Origin: a virus
Lineage: Duplodnaviria; Caudoviricetes
Strand: one strand, 5' to 3'
DNA: 64,000 nt
IMG/VR virus record: IMGVR_UViG_3300010163_000012
Span: 1 to 64,000 of that record
Shown: in pieces, positions 1 to 9,421 of the stretch
How positions within the stretch are numbered: position 1 is the first letter of the stretch
How the letters are laid out: each line of letters begins with the position of its first letter
Notes under the pieces: generated by a model
What the model saw: the letters and a program-made list of their open reading frames with translations, nothing else
What the model was told of the DNA's origin: nothing
Database searches by the model: none
Program-made: the position numbers and the translations under genes

Positions 1-307
1 CCCGAAGAAACATCTCGGCACGTATCAGGTCTTTACATGGCTTTGTGGATGATGTTTTTTTCGCCTTGAACCATGCAATCGCAGTCGTGGAGTCAGTATA
101 AATAATTCGAGGCTGGAAGTCATTCTCAATGATGAACTTCACAGCCTCGACAACCGCAAGAAATTCTCCTATATTAGTGGTCTGATTTCCTAAATCCTTA
201 TAAAATATCTGTTCTTTGGTCGCTAAATTTATACCTTGATACTCCGTCTTTCCATTCTTCATCGAATGGGCTGCATCAGCGGCGATTCCTTCTACCGGCC
301 TTCTCAT
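1..307 (-). CDS. rnhA: Ribonuclease HI (runs off the left edge)
   Basis: Manual translation from ATG at 307: MRRPVEGIAADAAHS...NQTTNIGEFLAVVEA...IIYTDSTTAIAW, with RNase H acidic residues (D, NxGE, TDS). Not in the ORF track because it is truncated. Confidence 0.8.
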   Translation of the reverse strand, partial: MRRPVEGIAADAAHSMKNGKTEYQGINLATKEQIFYKDLGNQTTNIGEFLAVVEAVKFIIENDFQPRIIYTDSTTAIAWFKAKKTSSTKPCKDLIRAEMFLR

Positions 308-896
308 TTTTACCTTTCTTGCTATGGATTTCACGCATATCCTGCTTCATCTGTTCTATCAGCTCAACAGCGGCAGTATTGAAGCTTTCCACGATATACA
401 TTAAATCCTTTACGTCACAACGCTTTTCCAAAACGGCCATACAAGCCGGCAAGGATTTGACGCTTTCCTTTTGCCCGTGAAATGGGTCAAACCTTATAAT
501 TTTATTGCCGAAGCTAACTTCTACCTGGTACATGGAGCCACGAACATATTTAGTGGTTACTGTAGCCTTAAACTGGACGGCATTTGCCTCAATTGCAATA
601 TAACCAGGAATGTACTCTTCTCCGGTCTTTTTGTTTTGAGCCTTGGTCATCGGTATAAGAGTACAATCATACAATACATTGGGCAATATATTGTTGGACA
701 GTTCCCGATCTATGATGACGATTTTCTTTGGGTATGGAGAATCTTGACGGACTCCGCATACTACGCCGTTTACAGGATTCTGAGAAACGAAGCTGATGAG
801 CGCTCCGTTCTTTTCAGATTTGATGAATTTGAGCTTGGTGTGAATCTTTTCTACACCTGCTCCTGTTGTTTCAATTTTATTGGTGTCTTGTTCCAT
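276..896 (-). CDS. Hypothetical protein (206 aa)
   Basis: Long ORF downstream of a TAACTTTG promoter; overlaps the RNase H start. Confidence 0.7.
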   Translation of the reverse strand: MEQDTNKIETTGAGVEKIHTKLKFIKSEKNGALISFVSQNPVNGVVCGVRQDSPYPKKIVIIDRELSNNILPNVLYDCTLIPMTKAQNKKTGEEYIPGYIAIEANAVQFKATVTTKYVRGSMYQVEVSFGNKIIRFDPFHGQKESVKSLPACMAVLEKRCDVKDLMYIVESFNTAAVELIEQMKQDMREIHSKKGKNEKAGRRNRR

Positions 897-959
897 TGCG
901 GTTGCTATGATTATTCAAAATAAAAAACACCGAGCCGCAAATGATGCAACCCAGTGGTA

Positions 960-967
960 CAAAGTTA
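960..967 (-). promoter_or_regulatory. Bacteroidota sigma-70 type -7 element (TAACTTTG)
   Basis: Matches the TAnnTTTG consensus ~65 bp upstream of the 896 start. Confidence 0.55.
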
Positions 968-1139
968 GCTTATAAATATTGAACTCAAGCGATTTTTAAC
1001 AACGAAATTATGTTGTAAATAACTGATATTCAGCCATTTTGTATTAAGAATAAAATAGCATTTAAGTAAAGGTTATTCGCTTTAATTCAACACATTAAAC
1101 AGATAACGATAATATCATTTCCTGTTAATACTAAAAAAT

Positions 1140-1445
1140 TTAATAATCCATTTCCTTTTCTGCTTTTATACGTTCTATATCTGGCAAATCAAGTATTCCT
1201 TTTTCATTTTGGTAATCAATAATACATACTTCAGTACCATCTTTCCCTAACAGAGATAAAAGTGACAAACTATCAGGCATAACACCTACGCCAGACTCTA
1301 ACACACGAATGATTGATAACGATTTTAGCGCCTGATTAACGTCATCTCCCAGAACCATATATTGCCCTGGAATATGATAAAGAATGAGCGCTTTAGGGTG
1401 CAATGCTTTATAATAGTCATGCACTTCAATTTGTTTTGCGTTCAT
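1140..1445 (-). CDS. Small protein, weakly MutS domain-I-like
   Basis: YYKALHPKALILYHIPGQYMVLGDD resembles the MutS N-terminal pattern (K..HPD.LLL...GDFY...DD). Confidence 0.4.
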   Translation of the reverse strand: MNAKQIEVHDYYKALHPKALILYHIPGQYMVLGDDVNQALKSLSIIRVLESGVGVMPDSLSLLSLLGKDGTEVCIIDYQNEKGILDLPDIERIKAEKEMDY

Positions 1446-1456
1446 ATCGATAATAA

Positions 1457-1819
1457 TTATAGTTTAATACTATCTACAGCACATTTTTCACATAGACCAT
1501 TGAACCTCTTGCGTTCACTTTGAGAGATCTCTTTATTGCATTTTGAGCAATAGTACACTGGTCGCTTCCGATGAAATAAAAAACCCCTCACTTTCTGAGG
1601 GGTTAATCCATATTTGTTTGCGATAGCCTGGAGAATGAGCTTCGGTAATGCTTTTGTCGTTTTTCGCTGAGTGTGATATTCGTATTCCAAAACCATACGA
1701 ATTGCGACATCATTAGCAAGCAATCCTAAAGCATCAAGCTTCTGAAGGTCAACCGCAGGAAATCCGGTTACGGCAGAAAGCTTATTGTACTCATCGTCTG
1801 AAAATTGGAAACGTCTCAT
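1457..1819 (-). CDS. HTH plus Zn-ribbon protein
   Basis: IANKYGLTPQKV helix-turn-helix-like segment; C-terminal CxxC...CxxC. Confidence 0.5.
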   Translation of the reverse strand: MRRFQFSDDEYNKLSAVTGFPAVDLQKLDALGLLANDVAIRMVLEYEYHTQRKTTKALPKLILQAIANKYGLTPQKVRGFLFHRKRPVYYCSKCNKEISQSERKRFNGLCEKCAVDSIKL

Positions 1820-2078
1820 CTTTGTTTAGCTTTAGTCTTTTTTTCTTAGGTCGAGCAAATGTTTCAATTTCGTTCCGCACCTTATCAATAGAGTCAGAAA
1901 ATTCGTCAAGGGCGTCCATTGCTTCCTGCATGGCTAACCCCCTGGAAGACTCTTGAAGTCCTTCTGGGAGCGAATATAACGAATCCTCTTCATCGTTTCT
2001 GATTTCACCAATCCTGTCGATTGCTTCATCCAATAGTTCTGTGACTTCCAGTAATTCTTCTCTTCGTTCTTTATTCAT
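1791..2078 (-). CDS. Hypothetical acidic coiled-coil phage protein
   Basis: Operon-like overlap with neighbours; LPEGLQES motif. Confidence 0.6.
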   Translation of the reverse strand: MNKERREELLEVTELLDEAIDRIGEIRNDEEDSLYSLPEGLQESSRGLAMQEAMDALDEFSDSIDKVRNEIETFARPKKKRLKLNKDETFPIFRR

Positions 2079-2089
2079 TACATTGCAAC

Positions 2090-2533
2090 TTAATCAAATG
2101 AAATTTCAATATTCAAGGTATCAGTTATGTCCAAGAAACTGTCTATTCTCAATCCGCCATCTCTCTTTTCAAAGGCTTCTATAACTACGATAGGCACCTT
2201 TACACTTCGAGCCAATTGCCTTATAGACACATTAGCCATTTCACGCTCCCGCATAAAGCATTCACGTAATTCATCTACAGTTCTAATTATCCAATCTTCC
2301 CAACCGATTAAATGTATATATGAATTACACATGTTGATATATAACATCATGTCATTCACATTAAAGCCGCTGAATCCACGTTCAATAGCTTCTATTTTTT
2401 TACTGGATAACTGTAAGATGTATGGCAAACTGTCTTTTAGACGCACTTGTGCTTCATCTTTCTGCTTTACAAGCAGCTCGCATAATGTTTTGCAATCCAT
2501 ATCAATTTTTTTTATTTTTCGATTTTGCATCAC
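2090..2533 (-). CDS. XRE-family HTH regulator (tandem HTH)
   Basis: REMANVSIRQLARSVKVPIVVIEAFEK pattern, plus a degenerate N-terminal copy (IEAIERG). Confidence 0.6.
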   Translation of the reverse strand: MMQNRKIKKIDMDCKTLCELLVKQKDEAQVRLKDSLPYILQLSSKKIEAIERGFSGFNVNDMMLYINMCNSYIHLIGWEDWIIRTVDELRECFMREREMANVSIRQLARSVKVPIVVIEAFEKRDGGLRIDSFLDITDTLNIEISFD

Positions 2534-3017
2534 GATAATATTGCCATCCGAACCATATCAACCATCCAAAGATTAGTAGTCCGAATGTTGCAATTGCAGT
2601 TACCTCAATATATATGAAATAGTAATATATTCCGACAACGAGCAACATAAGCAGATTAAACACTATTATGATTGCCAGTGCGTAAAACGCTATCTTGAAC
2701 ATCGCCGGACTTGTACATTCCGTTGTATTTTCTGTCCCATTATCTTGTCTGTATTTTGCCATAATGCAAATCGCTACACCAATAGCCATGATAATTAGAA
2801 AAGGCCACCAATATAGTACAGCCCTATTTCCTATATCCATCACAAGTGTCCAATCAGGTATTAACGTTAGAAAACATATTGGTGGATAAGTATAAATTGG
2901 AACGCCTAATAATTCGCTAATCCAATAAATTGCTGCAACTATCAGTGAAATAGGAACAGGCCATAGTAAGCCTGTTGTAACTAATCCTTTACCTATTGCC
3001 ATCAAAGTCTTTTTCAT
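2502..3017 (-). CDS. Multi-pass membrane protein
   Basis: About four hydrophobic segments. Confidence 0.65.
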   Translation of the reverse strand: MKKTLMAIGKGLVTTGLLWPVPISLIVAAIYWISELLGVPIYTYPPICFLTLIPDWTLVMDIGNRAVLYWWPFLIIMAIGVAICIMAKYRQDNGTENTTECTSPAMFKIAFYALAIIIVFNLLMLLVVGIYYYFIYIEVTAIATFGLLIFGWLIWFGWQYYRDAKSKNKKN

Positions 3018-3026
3018 TAGCTGAAA

Positions 3027-3434
3027 TTAATTTAGAATGATGGACATATAAAAATTGACACCAATCACTAACGCAGACAGGAACGACAGAAATGCAAACA
3101 AGCACCCAAAACCTGTTAATGCGGGATTTAATACACCGGTCTTATGAGGAACAAGCCACCAATATAAAAAACCTATTCCGCAAATTCCTGCACTAATGAC
3201 TATCAGTCCAAGACTTGCAGCAAAAGATCGCCACCAGTCCTTGTAGCCGTCAAATGCTTCTATAAGAGTACCAATCGTACCAGTTAAGACACCATCAAAT
3301 AAGAAGCCAAAAGCAAAACCAGCGAACATCATGCTTGGGATGTCAACGTATGTTTTCTTTATATCTTCGCTCGGCCTGGTATGGCCTATTTTTGCTATGC
3401 CAAGCCATTTCTTTATCAAACTTTTATTTCTCAT
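3027..3434 (-). CDS. Membrane protein
   Basis: Three hydrophobic segments. Confidence 0.65.
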   Translation of the reverse strand: MRNKSLIKKWLGIAKIGHTRPSEDIKKTYVDIPSMMFAGFAFGFLFDGVLTGTIGTLIEAFDGYKDWWRSFAASLGLIVISAGICGIGFLYWWLVPHKTGVLNPALTGFGCLFAFLSFLSALVIGVNFYMSIILN

Positions 3435-3492
3435 TTCTTACTCCATCCTCCGTGACATCCAAACAGAGATTCTTAATTTTTGGGCAAGAAAA

Positions 3493-3630
3493 GTGGGCTG
3501 CCATCCATGCAAATCTGTGGGCATCGCCAAACGCCTATATGTACACACGGATAGGCAGCCCACGTATATGAGCTGTCTCCGTGCCTCGTACATATTTGTT
3601 TAATTTGGCGATTTAACAGATTTGAGGCAC
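3493..3630 (-). ncRNA. Structured leader with mutually exclusive pairings (c4/CI antisense-like)
   Basis: GTGGGCTGCC/GGCAGCCCAC and GTGCCTC/GAGGCAC stems. Three blocks inside one stem (AAATCTGT, ATCGCCAAA, ATATGTAC) are complementary to blocks inside the other. Promoter TAATTTTG at 3668-3675. Confidence 0.5.
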
Positions 3631-3738
3631 TTTTCTAATATGTCCTATTGTGACTAAAAAGTCGTTGCAAAATTACTAAATTTCGTTAGATTTTCAATAA
3701 TCTGAGTACAATGATTAACTATTTTCTGTTATTATGGC

Positions 3739-3975
3739 TCAGATTGTTACGGTTATAGCCTTACGAAGTTCGCCGGCATAGCCATGAGAACGCAATGCTT
3801 TTATTAGAAGGTCAACTGGAACCAATTTAGCAGTTTCGTCATCTTCTAAAACCAGTGACGCCTTGAACGCAGAATAATCCGGACACATATATTTGTTTGC
3901 CATTGGACATCTATTCCTGCCAACCATCTGTTTATAAGGACATTGCTTACAGAATTGTTTAAGCCTGTCGTTCAT
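3739..3975 (-). CDS. Small Cys-rich protein with C-terminal LRxxGYxGEL motif
   Basis: ORF track; motif shared with 3972-4151 and 24919-25170. Confidence 0.6.
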   Translation of the reverse strand: MNDRLKQFCKQCPYKQMVGRNRCPMANKYMCPDYSAFKASLVLEDDETAKLVPVDLLIKALRSHGYAGELRKAITVTI

Positions 3976-4151
3976 ACGTTTACCACTTTTATCAATCTAA
4001 GCTCTCCATTATAACCACGACGACGGAGTTCTCCAAATAGATTGTCGTCACTAAAATCCGCCAAGCTCAAAATAGCTTTGTTACCAGGCTGAGGCTGGTA
4101 TTCTATGGGACGTACTTTATTTTCAGGTGTTTTCTTACTTGTTTTTGCCAT
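3972..4151 (-). CDS. 59-aa protein with ELRRRGYNGEL motif (below track cutoff)
   Basis: Manual translation MAKTSKKTPENK...FSDDNLFGELRRRGYNGELRLIKVVNV; ATGA overlap with the next gene. Confidence 0.6.
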   Translation of the reverse strand: MAKTSKKTPENKVRPIEYQPQPGNKAILSLADFSDDNLFGELRRRGYNGELRLIKVVNV

Positions 4152-4259
4152 TTTTCTGTTGTTTTATGAAGTTAATTTTATAATTTTGCAAAAAGATGAG
4201 GATCAGAATATGCCAGTACCCCAACCCTCATCAGTACACAATGAGTTGACCTACGTCTA

Positions 4260-4472
4260 TTATACCGGCTGTAAGTCTGAATCGCAAGCAATCCCCTTTA
4301 GAACGGTACCATCAACTTCAACGCGATAGAAGAAATCTCGTTCATCCGCATCGTTCTCGCTGAAAGAGCAGTAAACCTTCTTAATCTTTCCCACTTTCCC
4401 ATTATACTGGGGTTGAAGTGTGTTGCTTACAATCGTTACTCGATCGTTTGTTTTGAATTTTGCTGTTGCCAT
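4260..4472 (-). CDS. Small SH3/KOW-like protein
   Basis: KFKTNDRVTIV...GKVGKI...YRVEVDG pattern. Confidence 0.5.
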   Translation of the reverse strand: MATAKFKTNDRVTIVSNTLQPQYNGKVGKIKKVYCSFSENDADERDFFYRVEVDGTVLKGIACDSDLQPV

Positions 4473-4477
4473 TGCTG

Positions 4478-5333
4478 TTACGCGTTAAATTTTGCCATCC
4501 ATGCCAAATAGTCCTCACGAGCTTGCGCCAAAGTATCAGGTACTTTAGTTTTTAAGTCGTCCACCCTTACAATAGGAACCCCTTCGTAAGAAATATACAC
4601 ACGACCATTAAACTCGGTGACGTTGATACTCTTACAACTTATGTTTTCAAGCTGTTTGATACGACGTTCCTGACATGCGGCTTTAGAGCGCTCATTGATA
4701 CGCTTCAGCCAATTGCTAATAGCATTAATGAATTTCATTTACATAACTGTTAAATGATTTAAGTGAATTATTGTGGCCGAGGCCACCGTATCAATTTATT
4801 TTAATGTTTACGAGCCTATTTGACGAATCCTAAAATTTTCACATCATCTGAATATACTGGATGAAAGATCCAATTTTTAGACTGAAACATTGTGCATCCT
4901 TTTTTACGGAATTTTGTATTAGCAGGAAATCTAAAAATTGCTGTAACTAATTCTATTGAACCATCGGATAGCTGCACATACATTCCACGTTTCAGGCGTT
5001 TTGGCGGGAGTTTATTGCATTGTTTAATCATAGTTTTTGTCTCCATTTGTTATACTCGTCAATCCATTTCTCGTAACTTTGTAACATGATGGCGTTTGGC
5101 TTATCGGTGCTCCTAAAACAATCATCACACACTATATTTTTGTTGAGATTGTCAAGTTCATGCCAACCATGATGTTTGGCATATTGCTTAACAAATGCCG
5201 TCCAAGAAAAGATTCCCCATTGCTTTTGTAACTCCTTTGGTGGTTCCGGGATATACAATTCTTTGCCGCATCGTTTACATTTTGGGTGCTCAATATCATA
5301 ACGCTGTTTGTTACGAAATTCCGTTATATCCAT
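4478..5333 (-). CDS. Three small hypothetical genes (4478-4738, 4816-5046, 5028-5333)
   Basis: Co-oriented, closely packed ORFs; the last has CxxC pairs. Confidence 0.55.
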
Positions 5334-5365
5334 ATCATTTCTATTCCTTTAATTCTGTAATTAGA

Positions 5366-6178
5366 TTATGTATCACCCCATAATATATGACATACGTGCT
5401 TTTCCTGCTCAGTCATCGGATTCTGAAGGTGCCATTTGTATGAATCACAGCCACCACACGGACGGAAACCAAATAGCTTTTGATTAATACGAGATACTGG
5501 TTCGGAGATATTCGCGATAATCTTGCATTGCTCAGATTCTCCCAAACGAATACTGCCATCCCAACTAACAATAGGGAGGCAGAAACGCTGGTAATGCTCC
5601 ATAAGGGTACCTACGCCAATTCTCTGAACGGCTTTTACTTGTGCCAATATTAACGACGAATTGATACATGAAGGAAAACCATTCACACGCTTAGCTTCAT
5701 CGTACCATTTACCGTTGCAAGCACGACCCAACGGTTTCATTCGGATGTCGCTGTCTTTATCGCACAATGCGACCTTATTGCCAAACATACGCAGGGCCTT
5801 CAGATTAGGTTTATGTATTTCATCATAGTTGGCATACAAACCTTTGAATGAAGAAATCTGCAAAAAGAATCCTTGCCGCTTTTCCACCATTTGAGCAAAT
5901 TTCTCAGTGAAAGTATGGTCTTTGATAAAGGTACCATTAGACAAGACCGATACGAATGAAAAGTCGCTATTCACCAGTTCTTCCAAAAAGTCAAAGAAAT
6001 CTGGATGGGAAGTTGGCTCCCCTCCAGAAATCATTACCACACTGGATCCAATGTTTTTCGCAAAACGCAAAGCTTGGTGAAAAACATTTTTATCCATCAT
6101 TTCCTTACGCTCAGGTCCGGCGTTCTGCATACAATGCGGACAACACAGTGTGCAATGTTGTGTTATATTGATAATCAT
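5366..6178 (-). CDS. Radical SAM protein
   Basis: CTLCCPHC (CxxxCxxC), SGGEP and SNG motifs; extra C-terminal cysteines. Confidence 0.9.
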   Translation of the reverse strand: MIINITQHCTLCCPHCMQNAGPERKEMMDKNVFHQALRFAKNIGSSVVMISGGEPTSHPDFFDFLEELVNSDFSFVSVLSNGTFIKDHTFTEKFAQMVEKRQGFFLQISSFKGLYANYDEIHKPNLKALRMFGNKVALCDKDSDIRMKPLGRACNGKWYDEAKRVNGFPSCINSSLILAQVKAVQRIGVGTLMEHYQRFCLPIVSWDGSIRLGESEQCKIIANISEPVSRINQKLFGFRPCGGCDSYKWHLQNPMTEQEKHVCHILWGDT

Positions 6179-6664
6179 ACACTATCGTCAATTTTATATT
6201 GAATTATGACATAAACATATAGCCAATTTGAATACTGTCCGCTTCTTCCTTAGAATTGAACATTAACGTACTCTCACACTCATGCCCATAACAAACAGCT
6301 TTCACCTTGAGCCACCATTTGAAATTGCCACTGCCATAATCATGGTAATATGGTTTTCCTATGATCTCAGTTACATAATGCTCTAATACATTCATGGCCA
6401 TGTACATTTATATCTCCGAATAATCGTTTCAAGAATGTTTTTATCCTTGTATGAATACCCTCCCCATTGGTTTTCGTAATCATGCTCAGCACTATGGAAC
6501 TCAGTCCATAAATCTTTGGGATAGCGAAAGTTCCATGTCAATAAAATAATATAGTACAACACAATTACGGCTCCCTCTAAAAGAGTAAAAGCTACTACAA
6601 TTATAAACCATAGTAGCTTGTGAATCCTTAAATACTTCATGCTTTATATAATAATTTCAATATA

Positions 6665-7866
6665 TTACTCTTTTGCCTTGAAATTATAAATAGGACGAAT
6701 AATCTTCTGAACTTCTACTGTCTCTTGAATTGCATCTATAATAGACTGCATAGGCTTATATGCCATTGGAGCTTCGTCTAAAGTTGCTTCGCAAACAGAA
6801 GAAGAATATACATCACTCATCTCTTCTGCAAAATGTTCTATGGATAATGATTCTTTTGCCTTTTTGCGTGACATCAAACGACCTGCTCCATGAGGAGCGG
6901 AGAAATTCCAGTCTGGATTACCCTTACCCACACAAATCAAAGAACCATCACGCATATTCATTGGTATAATGAGTTTTTCGCCCAAATTAGCTCTAACGGC
7001 ACCTTTGCGAAGTACAACTCCAAATGGAGTGAAGTCGATGTAGTTGTGGACCGTATGGAAAGCACGAATAGGAACTCTCGTCTGCAACCCAAGTTCTGAA
7101 AGTATCAGATTCGCTATGGTTTCACGGTTTAATCGGGCATACATCTGAGTGATTTGCATATCATGTAGGTAGTCATCCTTTACCTCTCCGGTAATATACG
7201 CTAACCCATTAGGTACAGGTTCGGGCTTTATCTTTTTCAACTCGGTTTGAATATCTTTTGCGCGTCCTTCACTTTTCAAACGCTGGATAATTTCATTCCT
7301 ATCAGCAAATCCTTGACGACACAGTGATTTTGCAATTTTTTGGTAATACTGGCAAACACGGACACCAAGGTTGCGGCTTCCAGAATGAATAACAAGATAC
7401 TTACAGCCATTTTCATCCTCATTGAGTTCGATAAAATGATTACCACCACCGAGAGATCCCAATGCGTTATTTGCCTTATGTATGTCTATTGCCTGGACAC
7501 ATTTCAACGCTCTTAAACTGCCAAATTCAAAAACAGGAGAATTGTGAATATTGTGTCCTGAGGTACGTTTCTATTCACTATATCATCGAACTGTTCAAGG
7601 TTTATATTAACATTGCCCAATATTACTACGAACATACCACATCCGATGTCAACGCCAACGAGATTAGGAGTAACCGCCTCGTCTATGTACATCGTGGTAC
7701 CGATTGTACAACCCTTACCAGCATGAACATCCGGCATCACACGAATATGAGAGTTCTGATACGGTCTAAAATCAGCCAAACGTTGTATTTGTGTCATCGC
7801 TTCGCCTTCCAGAATATCTCCGAATATTTTCACATCTGCTCCAATTATATTTTTATGAATTTTCAT
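6665..7866 (-). pseudogene. rtcB: RtcB RNA ligase split by an apparent 1-bp deletion near 7560 (ORFs 7513-7866 and 6665-7507)
   Basis: MPDVHAGKGCTIG and VGVDIGCG in the first ORF; SLGGGNHFIE, HSGSR, HNYI, RKGA, SAPHGAGR and DEAPMAYK in the second. Inserting one T (CCT TCA GGA CAC) restores a continuous frame. Confidence 0.85.
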
Positions 7867-7981
7867 TTTATCAAAATTTATGGTATTGCTCGTTTTTAGA
7901 ATTACTATATGATTTTATTGATTCTACTAAAATCACTGAACAATTAATGGGATGTTGGCAACACGAACCTCCCATTAATAA

Positions 7982-8692
7982 CTATTTTTCTATTACAACC
8001 TCCCAGTCATCAGCAAAAACGTCACTAATAGACGGAACCCATGAATCTGCACGTCCAGTATTTTCATTATAGATGAGGCACTGGGCAGTGTAATCAATAA
8101 AACCAAGACCCCTCAAAATAAGATCTTTTGCAGACTGCGGAAGAGATTGCATCTTGGGGATAATTTCTTCAGTAATATGGGCCGGTACTTGCTTGATAAC
8201 CCAGATACCCTTGCCGTTCCAACCACTTCTGCGAACAGGATAACCCGCTTTGAGAGCCTTGATAGCCATACCAAAATTCATCTTCTGTACTTCCACACTG
8301 TCAGAGCCTTGCATCCTTTGTATGCGAGTGTCAACAAGGCGTATATAGTCGAACATCGTACTGCATTGTATTTCCATCAAACATTTATTGTACTTGTCAT
8401 CGACAATTTCGTCCATTTTGCCAGAATCTATAAAAGCCGATAATTTTACATATCTGTCATTAAGTTCACAGGCTTCTATTTGCATACGGTCAATTGGCGT
8501 TTCTGCAATCTTGTATGCCTTTTCAAATACCTCTTTTGGAGACCAGCTTTCATAGCCGTCCTCATAAACAACTTTGTAGCCATCTTCACGATTCATTGAA
8601 CGAGGCACTTCTCCTTCTTTAGGATATACCTTGCCATCTACTCGCCACGCTGGAGTGGCACTTACCGTTTTTGTTCCAATATACTTTTTCAT
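7982..8692 (-). CDS. Multi-domain protein with C-terminal DUF2829/Tad2-like domain
   Basis: C-terminal MNFGMAIKALKAGYPVRRSGWNGKGIW...SWVPSISDVFADDW is the DUF2829 pattern. N-terminal YIGTK...GYKVVYEDGYESWSPKEVFEKAY domain and a central helical domain. Confidence 0.7.
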   Translation of the reverse strand: MKKYIGTKTVSATPAWRVDGKVYPKEGEVPRSMNREDGYKVVYEDGYESWSPKEVFEKAYKIAETPIDRMQIEACELNDRYVKLSAFIDSGKMDEIVDDKYNKCLMEIQCSTMFDYIRLVDTRIQRMQGSDSVEVQKMNFGMAIKALKAGYPVRRSGWNGKGIWVIKQVPAHITEEIIPKMQSLPQSAKDLILRGLGFIDYTAQCLIYNENTGRADSWVPSISDVFADDWEVVIEK

Positions 8693-8708
8693 TATTATTG
8701 TTTTATTG

Positions 8709-9421
8709 TTAATCGAAAATAGAACCGTAAATACTATCGTTTTTTAATAGTTTTCGCCCAGAATAGTCTTGTCTGCTACAAGCATCTACAAGCAAATCAG
8801 CTTTATTGGGATCTCTGATCGCAATTCTCAACATTGCAATCATTTTGGCCAAATCACGTTGGCAGATGTCATTCCAAAAAACATATATGTCAGTTCCATA
8901 TATCCCAAGTGTATCGAGAGCTTTAATATACTCAACGCCATTAATGTATGGGTAAACGGAGTGTCCTTCTTTTATTATCAGACAACAAGCGTTTATAGCA
9001 CCTGGGTTTCCTTCGCTTAATTTAGAAACAGCGTTTTTTAAATCGTCCATTATTGTTATTTTTCCCATAATTTCTTATTGATCTATGTTTTAATACGTAT
9101 TTAATTAAACCAATCTTCGTTACTCTCCTTCAACACTTCAACCAATTCTTCATCAATAAGCAAAAGGTCTGCTTCGTCTGTAAAATGAAAGATCTCATCA
9201 TAGATATTTTCTGCTTCTTTACTGGCGAATCCCTCATTCTCATCGTTAAAGTTTCCAGGTTGTAACGCATCCAAAAACTTTGTACTTGCAATAACAAGGT
9301 CGTTTCCTTCCTTATCTATTACGATGCGGCATCTATATGTCGTACCATTAAATTCGTAATCTTGAAATCTCATGTTTATTGTTTTTTTACTTTTAATGTA
9401 TTGCACTACATAAAGCTTCAC
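8709..9421 (-). CDS. Two hypothetical genes (8709-9068, 9101-9421)
   Basis: Co-oriented ORFs in a dense operon. Confidence 0.6.
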
